This document shows positions 43,599 through 51,858 of a stretch of DNA of 64,000 nucleotides, piece after piece. Location: NCBI GenBank assembly GCA_963767005.1, contig CAVYCN010000002.1, positions 544,001-608,000 of the forward strand, written 5' to 3'. The stretch is from an uncultured Actinomycetes bacterium (GTDB lineage: Bacteria > Actinomycetota > Thermoleophilia > UBA2241). Position 1 is the first letter of the stretch, and each line of letters starts with the position of its first letter. A program made the position numbers and the translations under genes. Below the pieces are notes generated by a model. The model was not told where the DNA came from. It saw only the letters and a list, made by a program, of their open reading frames with translations, and ran no database searches.

Positions 43599-44957
43599 CT
43601 ACTTCTTGTCCTCTTTGGCCTGCGTCATGCACGACCACACCGGCTGGTAGACACGGTCGACCTCGCTCGCGTACTCGTCGAGCTCGGTGCGCAGCTCGGT
43701 GATCATGTTCTCCGCGCCGACGTGAGTCGGATGCGCGCCGGTGACCTCGATGATCTCGCGCGAGTGGTGCGGGTTGTCGATCAGCATGCACGGCATGAGC
43801 AGGTTGTGGTTGAAGGGCTGGCGGCGCCGGATCTCCTGGAAGAACGGCGACGAGAAGGCCTGCTTGAGCGACACGTCGTGCACGTTGTCGGTCGCGAAGT
43901 GCGTGAAGATGCAGGGCTCGACCCAGCCCTCGTTGTTGATGTGGATGTAGTGCTTGCCGGCGATGCAGCCCTTGACGTACGGCGCGTCGCCCCAGAAGTC
44001 GACCGGGAAGAGCGCCTTGGTGTTGCGCACGCGCTCGATGCCCTCGCGGAACCGGTTGCGTTCGGCCGGCGTGAGCATGAGGCTCATGTCGGGGTTGGCG
44101 CCGACCGGCATGTAGAGGAAGTTCCAGGCGAGCATCGCGCCCTTCTCGACCATCAGGTCGGTGAACTCGTCGCTGACCAGCATCTCGAAGTTCTTGCGCG
44201 TGACGGTGGCCGAGTAGCCGAACACCATGCCGCGCTTGCGCAGCCCATCCATGGTCTGCATGATCTGGTCGAAGATGCCGGGTCCGCGGCGCGCGTCGGT
44301 GGGCTCCCGGCCGCCCTCGATGCTGAGCATGGGAGCCACGTTGCCGAGCGCGGCCAGGCGGTCGAGGGTGTCTTCGTCGAGCAGCGTGCCGTTCGTATAG
44401 ACCTGGAAGTAGACGTCGGGGTTGGCCGCGTAGAAGTCGAGCAGGTCGGGCCGGAAGAAGGGCTCGCCTCCGAGGATGGTGATCAGGTAGACGCCCATCT
44501 CGTTGGCCTGGTCGACGATCCGCTGCAGGGTGGCGACGTCCATGTCGCTGTCGCGCGAGTACTCGCCGGCGAAGCAGCCCTCGCAGGTGAGGTTGCAGCG
44601 CATGGTGGGGCTGATCAGGATCGTGAACGGCGTGGGCACGCCCTCGCGCTCGGTGAACTCGGAGCGCTTGGCCGAGCCGCGCAGCATGGTGTTGATCACG
44701 AAGCACTCGATGAAGCGGTTGCGCGCCCGCGGGCTGAGCTGCCCGACCACGTGCTTGGCGATGTGCAGCGCGGGGTGGTCCTCGATGACCTTGTCGCGCA
44801 CGAACAGGATCTCCGCCTTGTGCGCCTCGGGCGTGAGCTTCTCGGCGAGATTGAACGCTTTGACGATCTTGCCCTTGTCGTCACTCGTGGCGAGCTTGAG
44901 AATCTGATTGATGGTGCGTCGCTGGACCGCCGTGTACAGGCCCTCGGTGGTGCTCAT
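43599..44957 (-). CDS. Radical SAM protein with C-terminal SPASM/twitch-like domain
   Basis: CNLTCEGC, GGEP, YTNGT, GCIAG..YIHIN..GWVEPC and PCMLIDNP. ATG 44957 follows GGGGAGGGGAG. Confidence 0.92.
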   Translation of the reverse strand: MSTTEGLYTAVQRRTINQILKLATSDDKGKIVKAFNLAEKLTPEAHKAEILFVRDKVIEDHPALHIAKHVVGQLSPRARNRFIECFVINTMLRGSAKRSEFTEREGVPTPFTILISPTMRCNLTCEGCFAGEYSRDSDMDVATLQRIVDQANEMGVYLITILGGEPFFRPDLLDFYAANPDVYFQVYTNGTLLDEDTLDRLAALGNVAPMLSIEGGREPTDARRGPGIFDQIMQTMDGLRKRGMVFGYSATVTRKNFEMLVSDEFTDLMVEKGAMLAWNFLYMPVGANPDMSLMLTPAERNRFREGIERVRNTKALFPVDFWGDAPYVKGCIAGKHYIHINNEGWVEPCIFTHFATDNVHDVSLKQAFSSPFFQEIRRRQPFNHNLLMPCMLIDNPHHSREIIEVTGAHPTHVGAENMITELRTELDEYASEVDRVYQPVWSCMTQAKEDKK

Positions 44958-45085
44958 CGTCTCCCCTCCCCTGAGGCTGTCCTCGAGTCTGGCGCCCATC
45001 ATACCAAACGAAGCCGCTCATCTTCGAACCGGTGCGTGCGTGGCTATCCTCATACCCGACCGCGGCGGCTTGCCGCGGCCGTTGA

Positions 45086-45135
45086 CTGCGGCGACATCGG
45101 CGGCGCCGCGCGTGGCGCCGCCGATGTCGCCGCAG
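45086..45135. repeat. Perfect 22-bp-arm inverted repeat in the divergent intergenic region
   Basis: CTGCGGCGACATCGGCGGCGCC-gcgcgt-GGCGCCGCCGATGTCGCCGCAG. Confidence 0.9.
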
Positions 45136-45189
45136 CGGCTACGCATTCGCAGGCCCTACCCCCTACAGGAAGCGCACCACCTGTCGATA

Positions 45190-45280
45190 GACGGATTGAC
45201 AAGGGCAAACCTGCCGCGAGGCAGGGACGCAAAGCCAGAGGTCTTGAGGTGATCAAGATAGCTCGGTTGCCGCAAACGAG
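45190..45280 (+). ncRNA. Cyclic di-GMP-I (GEMM-I) riboswitch
   Basis: AGGGCAAACC-TGCC-GCGA-GGCA-GGGACGCAAAGCC...GGTCTTGA...TCAAGATAGC...GGTTGCCG matches the GEMM-I core (GGCAAAC, GNRA-capped P2, GACGCAAAGC, P3, GGTTRCC). Ends approximate. Confidence 0.92.
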
Positions 45281-45407
45281 AGCCATCCAGGCTCACAGCA
45301 CCCTCCTCTCTCCGCCTCTGCCCGCGTCGACCCCTCGTCGCCGGCATCAGACCTGACGGTCGGGGCTGCCGGCGTCCCGATCGTCAGTGCGTCGCGGAGG
45401 CGGTGTG

Positions 45408-47018
45408 ATGAAACGCAGATTCCTCGTGGTGGCAGCCGCGCTGCTGGTCGCGGTGGTGCTCGCCTGGGGCGGCACCGCCTGGGCCGACCAGACGAGCGCA
45501 CAGATCGATCCGAGCGTGCTCACGGAGCTCGACGCCGCTGGCGGCGCCAGCGTGCCGGTCATCGTCTATGCGACCCCCGGCCACCTCGCCGACCTGACCG
45601 CAGAGCTCGGCGCGACCAACGTCGATGAATCGCTCGCGCTGATCGGCGCCGTCTCGACCGACGTCACGCCCGACACGATCACAACCGTCGCCGCGCTGCC
45701 CTACACCGACTACGTCGCCGCCGACGCCCCCATCTTCGGCACCGACTATCAGGCGAGTCTCGACGTGACCAACGCCACGATCGGGCTTGGCGCCATCGCA
45801 CCGCCCGCGCCCGTGGCGCACGGGCTCGACGGTGCAGGTGTCGGTGTGGCCGTGCTCGACAGCGGCAGCGCCGACGTACCAGACCTCGATGCCGCCAACG
45901 GCCAGTCGAGGGTCGTCGCCTTCGTCGACTTCGTGAACGGCCGGCGCCGCATGTACGACGACGGCGGGCACGGTACCTTCGTCGACGGCATCATCGCCGG
46001 CAACGGCGCAGGCTCGGTGCCGGTCGACCAGGGCGGCAAGGCCGCGACGCAGTACCGCGGCGTCGCGCCCGACGCGAACATCGTCTCGCTCAAGGTCCTC
46101 GACCGGCACGGCGACGGTCGCTCCTCGGCGCTCGTCGCCGCCATCGCCTGGGCGATCGCCCACCGGCAGCAGTACGACATCCGCGTCATGAACATCTCGG
46201 TCGAGGGGAACGTCACCTGTCCGGCCGCTTACGACCCGGTCGATCGTGCCGTCGACGCCGCCTGGAAGGCGGGCATCGTCGTCGTCTGCGCCGCCGGCAA
46301 CGAGGGCGCGTTCGGCGAAGGCGGCATCCTCTCCCCCGGCAACGATCCCTACGCGGTCACCGTCGGCGCCGCCGATACGCAGCAGACCGACGACCCGAGC
46401 GACGACGCCGTGTGCTCGTACAGCTCGATCGGTCCGACCCAGTTCGACGAGTTCGCCAAGCCCGACATCGTCGCCCCCGGCAACCACATCGTCTCGCTGC
46501 GGGCGCCCGGGAGCTGGGTCGACCTGAACTACCCGCAGACTCGCGTGCCGGTGTCGAGCTACATCCCGGGCGCCTCCAACTGGACACCGAGCGCCTACGC
46601 CGTCATGTCGGGCACGAGCGCCGCGGCCCCGGTCGTCGCCGGCGCGGCGGCGCTCATGATCCAGCAGGACCCGACGCTCACGCCGGGCGAGGTCAAGCTG
46701 CGCCTCATGGACAGCGCTCAGCCGATCGCAACGAGCGACAAGTACGCCGCGGGCGCCGGTGAGCTCGACGTCGCGGCCGCCCTCAAGGACGGGGCGACCA
46801 CGACCGGCTACGACACCTCCGCCAAGCTCGGCAACGGCACCACGATCCTGCCGATCGACGTCCAGCTCCAGTGGCAGCGCTACAGCTGGTCGCGCTATAG
46901 CTGGTCGCGCTACAGCTGGTCGCGCTACTCGTGGTCGCGCTACAGCTGGTCGCGGTACTCCTGGTCGAGATACACCTGGAGCAGGTACTCGTGGTCGGTG
47001 ATCATCGACGGGGAGTGA
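45408..47018 (+). CDS. Secreted S8 subtilisin-like serine protease with C-terminal Trp-rich pentapeptide repeats
   Basis: Signal peptide (MKRRFLVVAAALL...AWA); catalytic triad VAVLDSG / GHGT / SGTSAAAP; AAGN oxyanion hole; KPDIVAPG. Confidence 0.95.
   Translation: MKRRFLVVAAALLVAVVLAWGGTAWADQTSAQIDPSVLTELDAAGGASVPVIVYATPGHLADLTAELGATNVDESLALIGAVSTDVTPDTITTVAALPYTDYVAADAPIFGTDYQASLDVTNATIGLGAIAPPAPVAHGLDGAGVGVAVLDSGSADVPDLDAANGQSRVVAFVDFVNGRRRMYDDGGHGTFVDGIIAGNGAGSVPVDQGGKAATQYRGVAPDANIVSLKVLDRHGDGRSSALVAAIAWAIAHRQQYDIRVMNISVEGNVTCPAAYDPVDRAVDAAWKAGIVVVCAAGNEGAFGEGGILSPGNDPYAVTVGAADTQQTDDPSDDAVCSYSSIGPTQFDEFAKPDIVAPGNHIVSLRAPGSWVDLNYPQTRVPVSSYIPGASNWTPSAYAVMSGTSAAAPVVAGAAALMIQQDPTLTPGEVKLRLMDSAQPIATSDKYAAGAGELDVAAALKDGATTTGYDTSAKLGNGTTILPIDVQLQWQRYSWSRYSWSRYSWSRYSWSRYSWSRYSWSRYTWSRYSWSVIIDGE
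46881..46997 (+). repeat. 15-bp coding tandem repeat encoding eight Y(S/T)WSR units (the last lacks its R)
   Basis: TACAGCTGGTCGCGC-type units whose differences are mostly synonymous codon changes. Confidence 0.95.
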
Positions 47019-48544
47019 GCGGCGCCTCTGAGCCGATGCGCCCGGCAGCGGCCGCGCAATCGCGCGCGGCCGTCACCGCGTTCGTCGTCGCGACGGCGCT
47101 CGCCGCCTGCGCGGCTCTCGTCTTCGCCCACACCCAGGGCGCCGCCGACCTGCCTCCCGGCGTGCTCGCCTTCGTGGTGCTCGTGTTCGTCACCAGCCTG
47201 CGCGACGTGCGCCTTCCGGTGGTCGGCCACGTCACGCTCACGTTCGTGCCGGTGCTCGCCGCGCTCGTCGTCTTCGGTCTCTGGCCGGCGCTCGTCGTCG
47301 TCGTCTTCTCGGGCCTGGCGACCATCGGGGTCACGCGCGACCCCGAGAAGATCCTCTTCAACGTCAGCAGCTACATCGTCGCGATGTTCGCGGCCGGCAC
47401 CGTCTATCTCGTGCTCCTGCCCGCCGCGCCCACCCTGTCGACGAAGGTCCTGCCGGCCTTCGCCGCCACCGGGGCCGACTTCCTCGTCAGCACGGCCATG
47501 CTGGCCACGGTGATCGCACTGTCCTCGCAACAGAACCCCGTTGTCGTCTGGCAGCGCAACTACCAGTGGGGCTTCCCGAGCTACCTCACGGGCGCCTCGC
47601 TCGCGCTGTGCGTCGCCTGGCTCTACCTGCGGATCGGCGTCGCCGGGCTCGCGCTCGGCGTGCCGCCGCTGTTCCTCATCTGGTACTCCTACGACGTCTA
47701 CACCGGACGCCTGCGCGACCGTGCCGCGTACACGAGCGAGGTGGCTTCGTTTCGCGAGGAGCTCGCCGCCGCGGTACGCTCGCAGGACGAGCTGCGTTCC
47801 GCTCAGCACCGGGTCGCCGCCGAGATCGAGCGGGCGCGCGGCATCCAGGCCGACCTGCTGCCGCGCCAGGCGCCCGACGTACAGGGGCTCGAGCTCGCCC
47901 ACCGCATCGAGTTCATGACCGAGATGGGCGGCGACTACTTCGACTTCGTCCCGCTGGACGACGGCCGCCTGGGCATCGTCTGTGGCGACGTCATGGGCAA
48001 GGGCCTCGCGGCCGCTCTCATCATGACGATGGCGCGCAGCATGATCCTCGGCGCCGCCCGCGACGGACGCCGCCCCGGCGAGGTCCTGTCGGCGGTGAAC
48101 GATGGCCTGACCCGTGATCTCGCCGGCCAGTCGGCGCCCTCGTTCCTGACGCTCGCCTACGCCATCTACTCGCCGTCACAACGCGAGCTCGTCATCGCCA
48201 ACGGCGGACACAACCCGCTGCTCGTGTTCGGCTCCGGCGGGCGCCGCGAGCTGCCCTCGCGGGGCAGCATGCTGGGCGTGCGCACCGACCTCGAGTTTCC
48301 CGAGGACCGTGTCGCGCTCGCGCCCGGCGACTCGTTCGCGCTCTTCACCGACGGTCTCACCGAGGCTCGCGGCGAGGACCGCGAGCTCTTCGGCGTGGAG
48401 CGTCTCGCCGACTCCCTGGCCGACGCCTCCGGCACCTCGGCCGCGGCGACCGTCGAGGCCGCCTGGCAAGCGGTGAGCGACTTCCGCGACGGCACGCCGG
48501 CGAGCGACGACGCCACCCTGCTGATCGGCCGCGTCGTCGCCTGA
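47015..48544 (+). CDS. Membrane sensor domain fused to SpoIIE/PP2C (RsbU-like) phosphatase
   Basis: GTGA overlap with the protease stop. About 7-8 TM helices, a coiled coil, then ARGIQADLLP, GGDYFD, GDVMGKG, NGGH, FTDGLTEA and DDAT. Confidence 0.92.
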   Translation: MSGASEPMRPAAAAQSRAAVTAFVVATALAACAALVFAHTQGAADLPPGVLAFVVLVFVTSLRDVRLPVVGHVTLTFVPVLAALVVFGLWPALVVVVFSGLATIGVTRDPEKILFNVSSYIVAMFAAGTVYLVLLPAAPTLSTKVLPAFAATGADFLVSTAMLATVIALSSQQNPVVVWQRNYQWGFPSYLTGASLALCVAWLYLRIGVAGLALGVPPLFLIWYSYDVYTGRLRDRAAYTSEVASFREELAAAVRSQDELRSAQHRVAAEIERARGIQADLLPRQAPDVQGLELAHRIEFMTEMGGDYFDFVPLDDGRLGIVCGDVMGKGLAAALIMTMARSMILGAARDGRRPGEVLSAVNDGLTRDLAGQSAPSFLTLAYAIYSPSQRELVIANGGHNPLLVFGSGGRRELPSRGSMLGVRTDLEFPEDRVALAPGDSFALFTDGLTEARGEDRELFGVERLADSLADASGTSAAATVEAAWQAVSDFRDGTPASDDATLLIGRVVA

Positions 48545-48591
48545 TCGAGCCATCCAGAATCGGCGATTTCAGCCGATACACAACAGCGGAG

Positions 48592-49365
48592 ATGGTCATG
48601 CCAGCGCACGAGAGCAAGGTGAACCCCGCCACCCTCCAGGTGATGCGCTACGACGCTCGCCGGGGCACGCTGTCGGTCATCGTCGGCGAGGCCAGCGGCA
48701 TCCCGCGCGAGATCCTCGGCCAGCGCGCGATCGAAGCCATGCGGGCGCGCAGCTTCATCTGCCACACGACCGAGGCCGACACGCTGCTGGGCGCCGACGA
48801 GATCTGCTTCATCCCGCGCGGCGACCGCTGCGAGATCGTGAGCATCCACACCAACGGCTGGCGCCGCCACCACGGCGACCATCGCCGCAGCCTCGTCGAG
48901 ATCCTGAACGATCTCGCCGCGGCCGTCGCCCGCGGCACGCTCACGTTCCTCGACCGCGGTGAGCTCGAGGCGGTCAGGGCCGAGGGACACGCCGTGCTCA
49001 CCTGCACGATCGACGACACCGCCTCGCTCGCCCAGGCGCGCGCCGCGGTGGCTCAGGTCCTGTCCGACCACGGCGTCCCCGCCGACGCCCGGCGGCGCCT
49101 CGAGCTCTGCGTCTCCGAGGCCACCACGAACATGCTCGTGCACGGCGGCGGCGGCGGCACCATGAGCCTCGTGCGCGTCGCGGATCGTCTGCGTATCATC
49201 GTCGCTGACCGGGGACCCGGCCTGAACTTCATCAACTGGACCGAGACGGGCTCACGGCAACCCTCGATGGGCTACGGCTACAAGATCATTCTTGATAACC
49301 TTGAGCGCGTGTACCTGCACACCGGCGACGAGGGCACGACCCTCGTCCTCGATCACACGATCTAG
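48592..49365 (+). CDS. Anti-sigma factor/Ser-Thr kinase (RsbW-like HATPase_c) with unrecognised N-terminal domain
   Basis: VSEATTNMLVHG, ADRGPG, GYGY and GTTL motifs. Confidence 0.8.
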   Translation: MVMPAHESKVNPATLQVMRYDARRGTLSVIVGEASGIPREILGQRAIEAMRARSFICHTTEADTLLGADEICFIPRGDRCEIVSIHTNGWRRHHGDHRRSLVEILNDLAAAVARGTLTFLDRGELEAVRAEGHAVLTCTIDDTASLAQARAAVAQVLSDHGVPADARRRLELCVSEATTNMLVHGGGGGTMSLVRVADRLRIIVADRGPGLNFINWTETGSRQPSMGYGYKIILDNLERVYLHTGDEGTTLVLDHTI

Positions 49366-49379
49366 AAGGGACGGGACCG

Positions 49380-49694
49380 ATGCTGCACACGCGCGTTGAG
49401 ACCGCGGACACGCCCGTCATCCACCTCGAGGGCGAGATCGACCTCGACTCGGCGGAGACGTTCCGTTGGGTCGTGACCGACGCGGTGCGAGGCGCGACCC
49501 AGGTCGTGCTCGACTTCGCCAAGGTCACGTTCATCGACTCGTCCGGCACGGGGCTGCTCGTCCGCCTCTGCCTCGACTACAAGTCGCAGGGCGTGCGGCT
49601 GCTCCTCACCAACATCCCGCCCGCCGTCGACGACGTCTTCACCATGCTCAAGGTGCGGACCCTCGTCGGCGACGAATCGTTCCTCGACGCCTAG
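49380..49694 (+). CDS. STAS-domain anti-anti-sigma factor (RsbV-like)
   Basis: LEGEIDL and VLDFAKVTFIDSSG with the phospho-acceptor Ser. Confidence 0.92.
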   Translation: MLHTRVETADTPVIHLEGEIDLDSAETFRWVVTDAVRGATQVVLDFAKVTFIDSSGTGLLVRLCLDYKSQGVRLLLTNIPPAVDDVFTMLKVRTLVGDESFLDA

Positions 49695-49761
49695 CCTCCC
49701 GCCGCGGCGCTGCTCCCGGCGGGTCCGCCGCGCGCCCCGACGCAGGTCCGCGCGCCGCGAC

Positions 49762-50280
49762 TCAAGCCGAGATCGTCTTCTCACCCGGGCGCCAGTCGAC
49801 CGGGCACAGCTCCCCGGTCTGCAGCGCCTGCAGCACCCGCAGCGTCTCATCGGTATTGCGCCCCACGTTGTTGTCGTGGACGACCATGTACCGCAGCAGC
49901 CCCTCGGGGTCGACGATGAAGGTGCCACGCAGGGTGTGTCCCTCGTCGGGTAGCAGCACGCCGTAGCTGCGCGCCACCTCGCGCGTGAGGTCGGACAGCA
50001 GGGGGAAGCCGAGCTCGCCGAGGTCGTGCTCACACCAGGCGAGGTGACTGTACTTGCTGTCGACGCTCGCCCCGAAGACCTTGGCTCCCAGGGCCTCGAA
50101 CTCGCCGCAACGCTGCGCGAAGCCGCGGATCTCCGTCGGGCACACGAACGTGAAGTCGAGCGGATAGAAGAACAGCACGACCCAGTTGCCGCGCTGGTGG
50201 GCGAGCGTCACGGTGACGAAGTCGCCGTCGAGCACGCCGTCGAGGGTGAAGTCGGGGGCTGGCTGGCCTACCTGGATCAC
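49762..50280 (-). CDS. ahpC: 2-Cys peroxiredoxin (AhpC/TSA)
   Basis: FFYPLDFTFVCPTEI, SVDS.YSH.AW and GELCPVDW. GTG start after AAGGAG. Confidence 0.93.
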   Translation of the reverse strand: MIQVGQPAPDFTLDGVLDGDFVTVTLAHQRGNWVVLFFYPLDFTFVCPTEIRGFAQRCGEFEALGAKVFGASVDSKYSHLAWCEHDLGELGFPLLSDLTREVARSYGVLLPDEGHTLRGTFIVDPEGLLRYMVVHDNNVGRNTDETLRVLQALQTGELCPVDWRPGEKTISA

Positions 50281-50404
50281 GAGCGCTCCTTCGTCGTCCC
50301 GGCCGCCGCGACGCAGGGGTTCGGCGGATCGGCGAAGACAGATACCCCGTGCCGTGCCCTTCCAAGCCGGGCCGGCGGGTCGGCGGGCAGCCCGCCGGCC
50401 GGCC

Positions 50405-50752
50405 CTAGGCGGCGCGCGGCGCCGCGCGGCAGTCCGTGACCGCGCAGCGCTCGTCGGTGTACCGGCGGTAGCGCTCGAGGTCGTCGCGCAGGCGCTCGCG
50501 CACCCGCCGCGCCTCGTCGGGCGCGCCGGTCGGCTCGTAGGCCAGCTCGACGGTGACCGCGACCTGGCCATCGGCCTCCCGCGCGAACGTCACCGTGCCG
50601 CGCTCCACCGGGCTCTCGTCGACCCACCAGCGCGAGTCGGCGACGCTGCGCGGCCGGCCCGCGCTCCTCGACGCGAACACGTATTCGTCCCACGCGCGAC
50701 CCGCAAAACGCGCCGGTACGTCGGTGCGGATCGACTCGCTGATCGTCTCCAT
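50405..50752 (-). CDS. Small hypothetical protein, SRPBCC/cyclase-like
   Basis: GAAGGAG RBS; METISESI.TDVP...GTVTF...VTVELAYEP...DLERYRRY resembles short SRPBCC proteins. Confidence 0.55.
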   Translation of the reverse strand: METISESIRTDVPARFAGRAWDEYVFASRSAGRPRSVADSRWWVDESPVERGTVTFAREADGQVAVTVELAYEPTGAPDEARRVRERLRDDLERYRRYTDERCAVTDCRAAPRAA

Positions 50753-50888
50753 CGCCACTCCTTCTCGCATGCGAATCCGCTGCCACTGTCCCTGTCCGAG
50801 CCGACCTCCAAACCAGCGCGAGGGCCACCCGGCACCCGCCGGCGCAATCGCCGGTTAGTGTCGGGCCGCGCGCCGGTACTTTCACCTC

Positions 50889-51716
50889 ATGGCAAGCGAG
50901 CCGACCGGTCTCACCGCGACGAGCGACATGCTCGACGAGGCCCGTGCCCTCATCGACGAGGCGCGGGCGGGCGGCGTGACGCTGCGCCTCGTCGGCGGCC
51001 TGGCCGTGCGCGCCCACTGCGCCGCGCCGGTGCTGTGCGAGCGGCCCTGCCGCGACATCGACCTCGTCGCGCCGCGCCGCGCGGGGCGCGCGGTCGGCGC
51101 GCTGCTCGACGGCCTCGGCTGGACCGAGAACCGCCAAGTGGCGATGGCGGCGGCGGGCCGCAAGCGCCAGTTCTTCCGCGGCTGCCGCCACGCCACCTCC
51201 GCCGGCAACGCCCATGTCGACGACCGCGTCGACCTGTACCTCGACGCCTTTCGGCTGCACCACACGATCGACCTGCGCGAGCGCCTCGACCTCGATCCCT
51301 ACACCGTGTCGCTGTCCGACGTGCTGCTCGTCAAGCTGCAGCGCACCCAGGCCGAGCCCGACGACGTGCGCGACATGCTCGGTGTGCTCGAGAGCGCCGG
51401 CGCGCTGGGTGAAGACGACGGCCCCGGGATCCTCAACCTCGACTACCTGACCCGGCTCTGCGCGGCCGATTGGGGCCTCTGCCACGACGTGGAGCGCAAC
51501 CTCGCGCGCTGCCGCGACGCCCTCGCCACGCCCGCGCGGCGAGACCCTGGCGTCCAGCGTGCGCCGGCCCGTCTCGACGCCATCGCAGCGGCCCTGGCGG
51601 GAGCGCCGCGGAGCTGGCGCTGGCGGCTGCGCGCCGCCCTGGGCGAACGGCTCGCCTGGCACGAGCCGGTCGACGACGTCGAGGGCGTGACCTTCGCCCC
51701 GGGCGAGCGGCCCTGA
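50889..51716 (+). CDS. Putative nucleotidyltransferase-fold protein
   Basis: LVGGLAVRAH...R...DIDLV...VDLY...KLQ...DVRD, a GG-x-A...DxD...K...D pattern of the pol-beta/AbiEii-like NTase fold. Confidence 0.6.
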   Translation: MASEPTGLTATSDMLDEARALIDEARAGGVTLRLVGGLAVRAHCAAPVLCERPCRDIDLVAPRRAGRAVGALLDGLGWTENRQVAMAAAGRKRQFFRGCRHATSAGNAHVDDRVDLYLDAFRLHHTIDLRERLDLDPYTVSLSDVLLVKLQRTQAEPDDVRDMLGVLESAGALGEDDGPGILNLDYLTRLCAADWGLCHDVERNLARCRDALATPARRDPGVQRAPARLDAIAAALAGAPRSWRWRLRAALGERLAWHEPVDDVEGVTFAPGERP

Positions 51717-51858
51717 CGATCGCTCGACCGCGCGCGTCGGCTCTGGTCCCGGAACCGACGCCGCCTTCGCCCTTGTTGCGACGCGGCCACGCTGCGACGA
51801 TACTGTGGCAACGTCTTCGGCCCGTCCGCCGTCGCACGAGTGATCGGGGGGATCGCCG

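Noticed and set aside
45009-45026. CGAAG-N8-CTTCG palindrome upstream of the radical SAM gene as the same operator as at 39763
   Set aside because: The half-sites are short and the spacing differs (8 vs 5 nt), which is too weak to claim co-regulation.
45190-45280. Riboswitch as the cGAMP-sensing GEMM-Ib variant
   Set aside because: The position equivalent to Vc2 G20 appears to be G (AGGGCAAAC) with a C at the C92-equivalent site, which fits c-di-GMP. This is an alignment by eye only.
46881-46997. 15-bp repeat as a CRISPR or phase-variable slippage tract
   Set aside because: It is in frame inside the protease gene and diversified at synonymous sites, so it is a protein repeat.
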